Shown here: in pieces, positions 38,274-49,243 of the stretch
How positions within the stretch are numbered: the stretch's first letter is position 1
Layout of the letters: each line of letters starts with the position of its first letter
Source: Oikopleura dioica
Lineage: Eukaryota; Animalia; Chordata
Assembly: GCA_907165135.1 (NCBI GenBank)
Contig: OU015568.1
Coordinates: forward strand, 15,201,208 to 15,265,207
DNA: 64,000 nt
Reading direction: 5' to 3'
Notes under the pieces: generated by a model
The model's database searches: none
What the model saw: only the letters and a program-made list of their open reading frames with translations
What the model was told of the DNA's origin: nothing
Position numbers and translations under genes: made by a program

Positions 38274-41200
38274 ATGTTACTATCGTTCTTCCTCACCTAC
38301 GTTTCGGCATCTCTAGCCGTGCGCAGTAACCACTGCTGCGAAATAAAAGGCATTGACTGCAATGATCCCGACTATTGTGAGATTCTATCCGACATGGCGC
38401 CGGAAAATCTCGAATCCTGTGCCCGCGAGTTTCATAAAAATGGATATATTCCTTACAACATGGATCTGAATAAGCACAGTCTCGTCATCGCTGAATCGCT
38501 CGTTCTGGCTAATGAACATTGTCTTAAACAGAGCTTCGCGAAAGTAAATTTACTCATCCAGCAAATTGGTATGGAAAATCATCAAAATGTTTATATTAAC
38601 CAACACTCAAAGAAACGAAGAAAGATTTCCGAGTAGAATATCGCGGAGCTCTTTGGACAAAAGGACGTGTCGCCGCTGCTCTTGCTCCAAAAGATGGGCG
38701 TTACTACGAAGCAGCTCTTGACGTTTATGCTACGATGGAGCGCTTAGACGGTGGTGATTTTGAACCTGGTCTTCGAATGTCTGAACTTTTGATTATGATG
38801 GGTCGATATAGCGAGGCACTTTATCCCATCAACAAAGCGATTAACAACGACCCCAAGTATGGAAGCGTGTGAAACCTTCGCTTACCCATGATTTTAGAAA
38901 TACAGAATGCTTGCGCGTTCGTGGAACCCTTCACTTTCTCGATAATAACTTCGACGAAGCAATAAAAGACTTCAAACTTGCTGTCGATACCGATCCGACC
39001 CCAGAACTCTACTACTACTACGCTCTTTCGCTCTATCACGAAGGGCATCTTGGTGCTGCTCTCCACGCAATCGGTTCTGCTCTAGAAGTGCGCGCTGATC
39101 AACCCGACGTACTCCGCCTCCAAGCCCAGCTCTTCAAAGAAACAGGCCAGTTCGACAAGGCGCTGAAATCTCTCAACGAAGCTCTAAGGTTCCAAAGAGA
39201 CCTTTTCGATTATAGCCCTGTACTTACTTCTGTATTTAAGTTTGGATTACAAAAGCGCAGAATCTATAATAGCAAAAGGAGAGTTGTACTTTGATGCAGG
39301 GCGGCCTCAACAGGCGAGTCGCTGGTTCCAAAATGCACAAAAGTTGAACCTTGGAATATCAAGTGTGAAGTTTATAAAGGTCTCTGTCTGGTGAATAGTG
39401 GCAAGTTTTACGACGGCATTAAAGAGTTAACTACCAGAGGTATTTTTGTTCGTTACGATTGATATTGACCTCGTTAACTAGTTCTGCGGAATTATCCTTT
39501 GCCCGGTCAAACGCCCACAAATGGACAAATTCGCTCGTTTTATATTCGAGAATGGGCTCGTTACCTTTCGATGGCTGCAGATAAAGCGCACCTTGGAACT
39601 TATCCGGAAAATGAGCTTCCTCGAAAATTTACCCTGTCTTGGTTGGCGAACGAAAACTGGCTTATAAACGATATCCCAGAGTTCAATGATGGGAAAGGTC
39701 TTTCTAATACGCTTGATGTTGAAACAACGCCGTGGGAAAATATGGACGAGGGAAAGAAGAAACTCGCCTGTCTGGCATTGAAGATCGGACAGCATCATCG
39801 TTCAATTACTGATCTTGAAAATCCGCGAAAAGAAATGGCAATCGGTCTTGCAGCCATCGAAATCTTCCAGCGCTTCAAAAACGAAGACAGAGATAGTCAA
39901 AAAGTAAGCGCAATGCAGCTTAGTTGGAAAGAAGCTGCGGCAGTAGCAAATAAATGGATTCGAATGGTTGATCTGAATGAGCCTTCTTTTTGGATCGACG
40001 ATCTTTACACGGGAAAGATCACTGGCATTCCGCCTGAAGTTCTCTATCACCAAGTCGGGACTGCGATACCATACCAGTACCAAAAATATCACGAATTCTT
40101 CTTCAAATATTGCAAAGCGGCAAAGCCCGATCTTCTTGGGAAAACTGGCGCCGACAATATGTCAGATTTGGTTGCAAGAGCAGTTGAACCAGGCGAGAAG
40201 GTGATGATCCCCCTTCTCGCTGGATCTGTTCATTATTCCACGGGAACTTTCAGGGCTTCGTCGATGCCGCCTCAAAGAGTTACTACAGAACAGGTTGATG
40301 CTTCTACAAAATTAAGTGTTAAGGGGGAGGTCGACGAGAATCGGGATTTTTTCAACCAAAATTCCGGAAAAACTAGCTTTGAATGAAAAATTCTGATTGG
40401 TCAGGTGAGTAGGAAAGGGTTTGAAAAATACAGCGGCGAAAACTAGAAAAAATTTTGTCCAGAAAAAATGGGCGTAATCGTGTCTCAAAGTGGACCCCAA
40501 ATCGCAATTTTGGCAATTTTGCGATTTTTTCGCTATTTTTTTTATGCCACATTTGGTAATGAAGTGCACGAAATTCCTGCAAAAACTCGTGAAACTCGTT
40601 GCCGCTGTCTTCTAAATACCCTTCTGTTCTCACCTGATAAGTCAAAATATGTTTACAGAATCGGGTTTTTCGGGAAAATTGGTTTAAAAATTCCGATTCT
40701 CGTCGACCCGCCCCTTAACAAACTTTTAGTTGCTACCGCGAAAATTGAGCGCAACAAAGCTCAATTCGAACAATTCAGGCAAGAACTTGACACTGTCTGG
40801 AGCAGGCTCTATCTTGACAAAGACGGCAACGACGACAGTTTGGAGTACGCCTGGCTGCTCTACTTCTACTTCACTCTTCTCGCTCCAACAAACGAAAATA
40901 CTTCTGAAATCGCTTTCGGTACGTATTACTCCTTTTAATCTTTCGCTTTAATATATTTAAGCTGTGACGTTTGGTACTTTATTGTCACTCAGACAACATG
41001 TCTTCCCGAATGGAGCCCATAGTCCTTTTCTTCCTCCTCAAATGATCCTGAAGCTTGAAGTCATGCAAGCTCAATCGTAAGAATTCGACTTGAAATCAAG
41101 GAAGATTCTAACTTCTAATGTTTAGTCCCGAAGAGTGGGTGCGCATGATGAAGCAATATTACAACTACAACGAGAATCGTTTCACTCACGACGAGTGGCA

Positions 41201-41339
41201 CAAATCCGTGTGGTTCCAAATTCCAGAAGTGAAAAACAAATTCAAACTTCTACGCGATATGACGGAAATCTTAAACATCGATACTTATCAATACTGCGAC
41301 AGTTCCAGCTCCGACAAAACTGATAGAATAAAATTGTGA
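38274..41339 (+). CDS. TTC13: Tetratricopeptide repeat protein 13
   Basis: Signal peptide, TPR repeats (VRGTLHFLDNNFDEAIKDF), PLPGQ...FYIREWARYL, MQLSWKEAAAVANKWIRMVD.NEPSFWID and a C-terminal LRDMTEILNID, all resembling TTC13. Confidence 0.85.
40323..40714. mobile_element. TTAA-flanked MITE (Kolobok-like termini GG...CC) inside a TTC13 intron
   Basis: TTAA at 40319-22 and 40715-18. ~50-bp imperfect TIRs GGGGGAGGTCGACGAGAATCGGGATTTTTTCAACC / GGTTTAAAAATTCCGATTCTCGTCGACCCGCCCC. Confidence 0.8.
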
Positions 41340-41674
41340 ATGGCTTCAAAATGGCTTGATCGTTGAACATTTATTGTCTTGAACCAGTCGCTTGAACAGG
41401 TTTTATGCTGGATTAGAAAAAAATATCACAATAATTAGAAAATCCGGTGTCAAAGTAGAATAGCTGAACAGAAAGAAAGCAGGGCTTCTTAGAATAAAAT
41501 TATTTATGGCAGGAAAGAAGGGTCAGTTCCGTATCGACTTGTTACTCATTCTTGGCGTCTTTTTCAGGCGGCGGAATGAGATACAGTTCCTCACTCATTG
41601 GATTTGCTGGTTTTGATGGCAATGTTAGAGGCGTTAGAGGAGCTGTTGCAAGACCCGGTTCTTTCGGTGGATAT

Positions 41675-42883
41675 CTAGCGAGAGGTTGATATGCTGTTGA
41701 TTCATAAAAAAATTCTTACCCATAGTTTGGCTGAGGGGGATGTCTTTGACACATTCGAGATACTCTTTTTGTTGCTTCAAATAAGAGCTCCGCTACTGTT
41801 AGGAAGATAGAGACGAGTTGAATTCCGAACATGTACTTGAAGATTGAGATTGTAGAAAAGTATGAGAGTATCAAAGCTTACCTTGACAGCAAGAGACTTT
41901 TCTCGAGGTCTAGCGATCCAACACGTTACAGTTTCATCTGCCCAGCATGGCGATAGTTTAGGATCATCGGCTTTACTTGCATGCTCGCAGACGAATCGCT
42001 CGGGAACTTCCCAAACATCCCAAAAATTTGTTTTTTGAGTTTGTTGCACCTTTTTGCGGGCTTTGATTCTGCGGAACGCGTTTCAAACTTTGGCAGTTTA
42101 AGCCTTTCCTGAATCCAATATGCGAATGCGATAAACAGTAATTCTAGTATCAGCCGAATAATGAGGTGGAAAATGTAACAAATTCTTTCTTCTCGCGTCC
42201 AGTAATAACTGTCTTCCTTGTAATCTTTGCCATCAAAATAACTTTTCTGAATTCGATGATTCTTATTTATTGATCATAGCTTGTCTACCTTTTGCTTGGC
42301 TCCAAATTGACTCTTCAGGTTGATCGCATATTCTTTGTCGTCCATGTCTTCAGGTTTTCCTTTCTTTCCAATTGCAGCTGTCAGCCTTGTGTTTGTGAAA
42401 CTAGCAAAACATAAAGAGACAAATTTCTAAAGAAACAACTTACGCAGCATATGCACCAAAGAATATGGTTGGCGAGCAGATAAATATGAATTCTATATTC
42501 CAAAATCTGTCCAGAACTTAAACACATCATGACGAGAAGTTCTTACGGACAATTTTTACCTATAGGGAGGAATAAATTATGGCAGACGTTTTCACAGCCC
42601 GGCATTCTTGTATCACACTATGAGTCTATTAATAAATTGACTACGTAGGAGACCGACCGTAAACTCTTTGAGCCCATCAGAATAGACATTTTTGGCAATT
42701 CCATTTACAGCTACCAAATGGCGAAAGACGAAATTAACGAAAAACCAAAGAGTTCCAATCGGAGTACAATATCTTCTTATCGCCCTTGCCGATTCTTTCA
42801 AGTGGTTATTTCACTGTTTTTCTCTTTGATAAAGTTTTCAGAGTAGTGTGGACCATTCCTTCAATAATTTTCCAATGTGTCAT
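41675..42883 (-). CDS. Connexin (gap-junction protein); C-terminal exon uncertain
   Basis: MTHWKIIE|ESARAIRRYCTPIGTLWFFVNFVFR, EL1 CDTRMPGCENVC (C-x6-C-x3-C), RFWNIEFIFICSPT, TM3 ICYIFHLIIRLILE and EL2 VTCWIARPREK. Confidence 0.9.
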
Positions 42884-44644
42884 GTTGTCTCGATTTCAGA
42901 CTTTCTCGTTTTTGAAATAGAGGTTGATGTTTATTTTGGTTGTTTCATTCAGGATCCGCTTCGTCAAGGATGTCTCGATTGTTGAGGAAATCAGCCTTTC
43001 CTTAGCCGATGAAAGAGCCTCGGGGCCAACGTCGGTATCGTCTTCCGTGCTCCTTTGATCTTAATCCGAGATTAAGTCTTGTTTAGCCGGACAAGGTTGC
43101 TAATTTTCTCTACAGGAAACTTGGCACTAAATTCTATAATTGCCAAAGTCGGGCCTGTGGATTCTCGGGGTCCGAGACTCGGAAAACTAAGAATGGGACC
43201 GAACAATTGACTTAAAATCATAGATCAAAAAATGGTTCCAGAAAAAGACATTTGTGAAAGGCCTAAGCCGGAGGTGGCATAAAATTGAATAATGAGAAAT
43301 GTGTGCTTCATAAATTTCTTTAATATCTAAATCATCATTTTTATGACTAGGTTTCTGTACCTCGTTTAGAAGAGCTTGACGCCCTTATGTTCAAACAAAA
43401 CGGCCAATTTTCTCTACAAGCAGCGCTCTGATGATTCCCGGCTCGTTTACTTTGAGCCAACCGGGTGGTTGAAAAACGATTTGAGGCGTCAATTGTTGAA
43501 AATTTTTAAAATTGACGACTCGAGTCGACTCCTATCTGAATCAACCCTACACCACCGCCGGACATACTATCTTGACGAATGAGCTAAACACCGAACGCTA
43601 TAATAGATAATAACAATTTCTCACAAATAAAGTTACGGTGTTTTTACAACTAAACAACGGCCTTTCATTTTGAGGTTCTGCCTGGGCTGGAGATGGTATG
43701 AATATTAAACTAATCATCTGGTGCAAAAACATAAGGCGCCAAAGACACGATACATTCTGGGCAGATAAACTTACGTAAAGAAATTCTTCTCTTGGGCGAC
43801 TTTAACGGCTCTAGCGTAAGGTCCAGTTAACAGGTGCAGCTCAGAGCACCTCACATAAAGTAATCAACAATAAAAAAATGCTATTTTAGTAATTATTTTA
43901 TTGTCCGTTGTTTAGCGGAGCAAACTTTTTCAATCAGTCAACTTTTATTTCGTCTAGCTCAGCGACTCGAGCCCACATGAATAACCGCAACAAACGGGGA
44001 TTGAGCAAACTGCTCAGCCGAAGATTTGGCCGGAAAACAAGGAGTTTTTACCTTTTTTAATATCTCTTGATGCCTCTAGCTTATGATAAAAAATCGTGAG
44101 CTGACGAATTTCGATCGCCAGGGTGTCTAAATCGAAACGAATAAAATCGATAGTTACGCTTTTCACCACAAGCATAACAATTTTACAAAATGTGTAATGG
44201 TAATATATGGAGATTTCGGAATGTGGAAATCATCTCAGGTAGATTCAAGGAAAGAAATCGGCGCATCGGCGATGAGATATTTATTGATCGTAACTGTCAG
44301 TCACTATCATTTTCCAGCGCTACTCGCTCTTAATTTGAGCCATGTACTTTATCTTCAAGTTTCGTTCATTATTGACCGTGAAAAACAGCGATTTCAGGCG
44401 ATCTTTTTAAGCCAACAATCTTCTGAAGCACTTGAAGCAATTTGACAACTGGAATCGTCGGCAATTTTACACTATTACCGATTTGTTTCAAAGACGGTTT
44501 TTGACATCTTATTTATTCAAGGCATTTTTTCTCGAAGATGATAATGAAAAAATATGATGATTTGAATGAGCATGTATTTATTTCTCTTCAACAAAGTATA
44601 AATAATACAAGTTATGTACAAATGTTTTATAAAAATATAAAATG

Positions 44645-45884
44645 TCAGTAATCATATGATGAAAAGTCGCTATTTAGATCGTAGTCAACGTTGCCATCGT
44701 CCGGCGCCAGCGTTGCAATTTCAACGTCGGCCGACTTGTAGTTTTCTTTGACGAGTCGGTTCGGCGGTCGACTCGTAGCGCCGCTTTCACGTCGTTTGCG
44801 GCCGATGTTGTCGTCGAACTTGCCCGCATCTTTATCCTCAGTCGGACACTGGTAGGCTAAGCCTTTGATGTCTCCGTTACAACACTGAAATCAACGATGA
44901 ACTAAGCTCATGAGAAGGATGATTTACCTGTCGAATATTTCTGTCGAATGGAAATCGTTGAGGAAATTCTCCACAGCAGCCAGTGTCACATCCTCCTCGC
45001 TCCTTGCATTTTGGCTTCACTTTTTCGCACTTGTCAAACCTCCAGCCGCCGTAAAAATGGTGATAGGTCTCGTTGTACGCAGTGATCAGCAAATTGTCAT
45101 TCTTACAGGAGTACTTAACTTGTATACAGGAAATTCTACTGTATCTAGGTTAAAGTACCCTTCTTGAGCTTGTTGACTTGCGCCTTGTCGCATTCGCAAA
45201 CAGCTCGTCGACAGCCGGGGACTTCGCCTGGTCCATATCCTTCAACCCAGGATGGATTGTCGGCTGGTGCTTCGAAATACGGATCTAAACGCAATATTGG
45301 ATATTCATTTTTAAAAATCTTCAAACCAAGGCAAGTTATTTCTCCCGTTCTTCGATCAACTTTGTAGGAGTATTTGGTGATTTCAGCAAGACATGTCGGT
45401 CCATAATCGTTCAAAACGCAACGATTGCATTTTGTCCACTGAAAACAAGTCCTTTCCAGTAAAATAAATGAATCTCTCAATGAAGCATTACTTGTCTATC
45501 AAGTCGGTCGGTTTAAATCCAGCAAGAATGCCCGTAAGTGGCCTATCGCCAAGATTCAAGCAGTAACAGCCATACGAGTAGAATTTAAGAAGAGTGTCTC
45601 GGTTATTATCAAAAGCAGAATTAAACAAGAACTCAAACTCTCAAAGCGCTAGAGAACCATCGAAATCAAGGAAGAGAACGCGGGAAAGCATCTGTTCAGC
45701 GCTACTGGTAATTAGTTTCTCTAACACTATCCTGAGCATATCTTCTTGAAGTCAATTTCTTTGCCGAAAGAAGCCTGTCCAATCTTGCAGATATTTCACT
45801 TCTCTGTTGCAAGCTCAGTGCCTGTGTTTCTTCAGCTTCTATACAAGGACGCAGAATGCTCAAGAAAATAAATATTTTATACAT
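44645..45884 (-). CDS. Secreted phospholipase-A2-like protein (catalytic His-Asp replaced) with a Cys-rich C-terminal module
   Basis: Signal peptide, FYSYGCYC, PTDLIDK|TCFQWTKCNRC, CRRAVCECD, then GCCGEFPQRFPF...QCC and a KRR cleavage-like site. Confidence 0.8.
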
Positions 45885-46378
45885 GATGAGTGCTAAACTT
45901 CGCTAATGGAGGAAAAATTACACTGATATTGATATTGATAAATTAATGTGTGCGTGACGGCTGATTATTGCTCACAGCGCCACCAATTTAGAGCTGAGCG
46001 GAGCATGAGCGCAGAACGTGCTGCTTACACCTGCATTTCCTGAATTTAAAAATCGGCCGACCTTTAATTAGATGGGGTTGACACGGAAATTCTTGAACTT
46101 TTGAAGACTCAGCAATATTTCGAATGAGTATTTATTACAGTAATTATACAGATAATGATGGATTCCCGTAACAAGGCTTGTTTTTATGAGTTTCTTTATT
46201 CATCAATCGGGACACGAACACTTCTGGATATTTTTGCAAGACATTCAAAATAATTACCTTGATCCACATTTGAAAAATGGAGCTGAGTATCTGAGAGAGT
46301 CAAAGCAGTTCTGAATGATGTTCTTCTGCTCAACCCGCAAATCTTGATTTTCGTAGAATTTATCGTCTTTAAAAAGGC

Positions 46379-46666
46379 TCAATTAGATCTACTCGAAAAG
46401 ATAATTGCATAATTTTGAGCATTCCCTTTGAGAATTTTGCTGAAAACACCAAGAGTCTGTGCCTGGGTTTCACAAATCTCTGCATACGTTCTCTGATAGT
46501 ACTCCTTATAAGCTGTCATTGACTGTGAATCAGGTAATCTTCTTTCGCTAGAATTGATTCTACGTCGCGTTTCGGACTCTAAAGCACTTCTTGCTGAATG
46601 ATTACATTCGATCAAATTCTCAAGTAAAATGTAAGAAAATTTTATGCTTTCGTCATTGTCGCTCAT
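46379..46666 (-). CDS. Possible exon of an uncharacterised helical protein
   Basis: 95-codon ORF with coding-like composition. Boundaries are unresolved and no family is recognised. Confidence 0.3.
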   Translation of the reverse strand: MSDNDESIKFSYILLENLIECNHSARSALESETRRRINSSERRLPDSQSMTAYKEYYQRTYAEICETQAQTLGVFSKILKGNAQNYAIIFSSRSN

Positions 46667-46859
46667 TTTACGATTGTGAAGCCATCTTTCCTACTCCTCT
46701 TGGTTAGAGGCTCTAGCCATTTTCCTTTTGGACGAGGTAAATATTTTGATCTTGACCTCATAAAAGGGAAAAGCCTCACTCATACAAAGATTTGCTAACG
46801 AACCTGCATCTTCAATAAGTTTTTCTGCAAAAAAAACAACTAAGACGGATTTCCTTTCT

Positions 46860-47660
46860 TTATTTTTTATCCCCTTTATAATGATGGTGGTGAACAATGG
46901 TAACTTTTCCAGCATTGACAGGCCCGTTGTTATTTACAGGTCCTGCAAAATTCTTCGAGCCTTTGTGAGTGCTGCATCCTCCTTGATTTTTCTGGTAGTT
47001 TTTGTTCCCATTGTTGTTTCCTCCCTTGCTGTTGTTCGACTGGGGCTTCGAGTTGTAGCCGCTGGAGCTAAAAATTTGAGATGTGAATGGCGGAACAAAT
47101 ATAGACTAACTGAATAAATTTCAAGCAAGCAGTATTTACCTGTTGGATTTTCCGCTTTTGGGTGGCTGGTTGATGCTCTTTTGTTGCGGCTTGTGATGAG
47201 TATTGTTGTTTTTCTGATTGTTGTTCTTGAGATTGTTCAGCTGGAAGTTTTGCTTCTGTGGTGGCTTGGAGTTGTTATTTTGCTTCTTTTGCTGGTTGTT
47301 CTGCTGGTTGTTTGGCTTCGAGTTTTGGTGGTTGGATTTAGGCGGTCCCTTTGGTCGACCCTGGCTCTGGTTAACATTCACGTTGAGAACTTGAGGGGCT
47401 TGTTGCTGTTGTTGCTGGACCTGAGACTGCATCACACCCTGCATCATTCCCGACATCATTCCTTGCATCATCTTCGCCATCATTTCAGTCTGATCAACCT
47501 GCGATTGCTTGTTGTTGTTTTGGCGATTTTGATTATTCTGGCGATTTTGGTTGTTTTGATTCTTGTTTCCGTGTTGGTTGTTGTTCTTGGACTGATTGGG
47601 CTTTCTCTGGTTGTTCCCTCGTTGATTGCTAGATGAAGTTTTACGGACAGGTTTTCTCAT
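46860..47660 (-). CDS. Asn/Gln-rich prion-like low-complexity protein (~240 aa, 2 exons)
   Basis: Minus-strand ORF MRKPVRKTSSSNQRGNNQ... splices in frame (intron 47068-47139, AG|gtaaat...ttttag|C) into SSGYNSKPQSNNSKGGNNNG...VHHHHYKGDKK*. Confidence 0.8.
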
Positions 47661-48457
47661 GATTATCGGTTAGGAAGGCATATTTTGATTGAATACGCTC
47701 ACACGGGAAGGGAAAAAATGACAAGTTAAATCCCAAAATGGACCTCAAGAATCGCCTTACCGCGGTCAAGTTTAGAATGAGCGTTTGAAGTGAATTCAAT
47801 TCAAAAGACCAATAAAAATTTATATAAAAGAGAGATCAGCTCAAATGAAAAAAAACATGCTTACTTGTTCATCTTCGATACAGATGTAAAATCCGAGTTT
47901 GACGCCCATTTTGTGTGTTCACTCGACATTGATGCGTTGTCAAAGTCCTGATTGTTCACCCAATTCGCCGCTCTCTCGTTCATGAATGAAGTGTTCTCTC
48001 AAACTTTTCGTGAGTTAGCCAGTTTGTTTGAGATGCAATGCAGTAATGTTTGTTTCATTAGTCCTCTGATGAAAGGGAAAATTACGCAAGTCCCCGAGAA
48101 ATCTAGGGATTCACTGCGGTCCCTCGTCTTCGCTAAATCTCAGAGAACTCTTTTTGAATCCTCTGAAACTCCGAACAACCGATAGGGAACGTTTAAGTCA
48201 CTTACGTAGAAGATTTGTTCTAACTCTTTCCTGCTGAAATGTGAAAAAATATACACGCGCCTATGCTTGCTCTCACTGAGATCCTTACAGCCGGTCCGTC
48301 AGCAAATCACTACACGATAAATGCTGCAATGAAGGCAAAATGAATGAGTAACGACTTCGATATTTGCTCGACTGACGGAGCATTCATCGAGTGCTTTAAA
48401 TGGGCAGTATGAGTTTTATATTTTGTTTGAATGGTGCAAAACAGTGAAAACATTAGC

Positions 48458-48882
48458 TCAGCGTGGAGTGTCAAGTCGAACCTGGTGCCACTGCGGTTCG
48501 TCAAGATCGAGGACTTCAAGTTGTTTGAGGTACTTTGGAGGTGGCCCTAAAGCTGTCAAGCAAGAGAGTTCGATCGGTAAATCGTGGTCAGGGCCGATCT
48601 AAAATGACGATGAATTTTTCAGCTAGAATTCAAATGACTAACCTCCCATGTCTTCTTTGGGCCCGGTAAAAGCCATCTAATGATCACTCCAGGCATTGAA
48701 AGTCGACTGAGAACAACGGCTCTAATCTGCGCGACGTATTCCTCATTGTCTTCAACCACCATCACTAAATCGCCTCGTTTCCAAAGAATGTCACGATGAT
48801 AAACTTGCGAAACAAGACGCAATCCAGGCGATGGAGATCGTAGCCGCTGTGGACTTGATTTTCTGGTCTTCGCACGTGGCAT
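48458..48882 (-). CDS. GATAD1-like: GATAD1-like protein (C-terminal BAH-like domain only)
   Basis: QVYHRDILWKRGDLVMVVEDNEEYVAQIRA...IIRWLLP...|IGPDHDLP resembles GATAD1 IFYKGVYYQIGDVVSV...YYAQIRG...LTWLIP...IGPEEDLP. Confidence 0.75.
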
Positions 48883-49243
48883 CGTACCGATTTATCTGTC
48901 TAAATATATCCAACTAGAACTGATCTGACCGACGGTAGTTGAGTGGTCGGACGAGAGACTCTCCCAGGTTTAAAATCATACCACTTGAGTTTACCACTGA
49001 AGTTTTTCCGATCGTGTTTTGCGGCTGGAATCACTCTTGACGTTGCAAATGCCAATTCTTGCTAGGCCAAGTACTAATTATGTCTGCTTTTTTCAAAGAT
49101 CTAACAAGAGCAACAGATGCATTTAATAAATAGTTTATATTTTTGAAATTTACAGAATAAGGAATCGTTGAAGACAGTGGTGAATTAATGCCGAGCGAAG
49201 GCAGATAGTACATTGAATTGAATTTTTAATTGCTACTTTTAAA

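Noticed and set aside
42900-44500. Coding-like patches and GT/AG signals on the - strand upstream of the connexin (e.g. STEDDTDVGPEALSS..., DLDTLAIEIRQLTIFYHKL...)
   Set aside because: There is probably a gene here, but I could not assemble a frame-consistent model or name a family.
46379-47128. Three same-frame - strand ORFs separated by single stops (possible readthrough or pseudogene)
   Set aside because: The upstream two largely overlap the real second exon and 3' end of the N/Q-rich gene in another frame, so the alignment of frames is likely coincidental.
47136-47660. ORF-track entry labelled + strand, and the overlapping Leu/Val-rich + ORF 47181..47636
   Set aside because: The N/Q protein is encoded on the - strand (CAT at 47658-60). 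The hydrophobic + ORF is simply its antisense shadow.
47860-48400. Possible small multi-exon - strand gene (…NTSFMNERAANWVNNQDFD…)
   Set aside because: Splice signals are present, but no consistent full model was obtained.
2770-48882. Apparent clustering of chromatin genes (POGZ-like, two chromodomain genes, TAF12, GATAD1-like)
   Set aside because: They are dispersed over 46 kb among unrelated housekeeping genes, with no evidence of a functional cluster.
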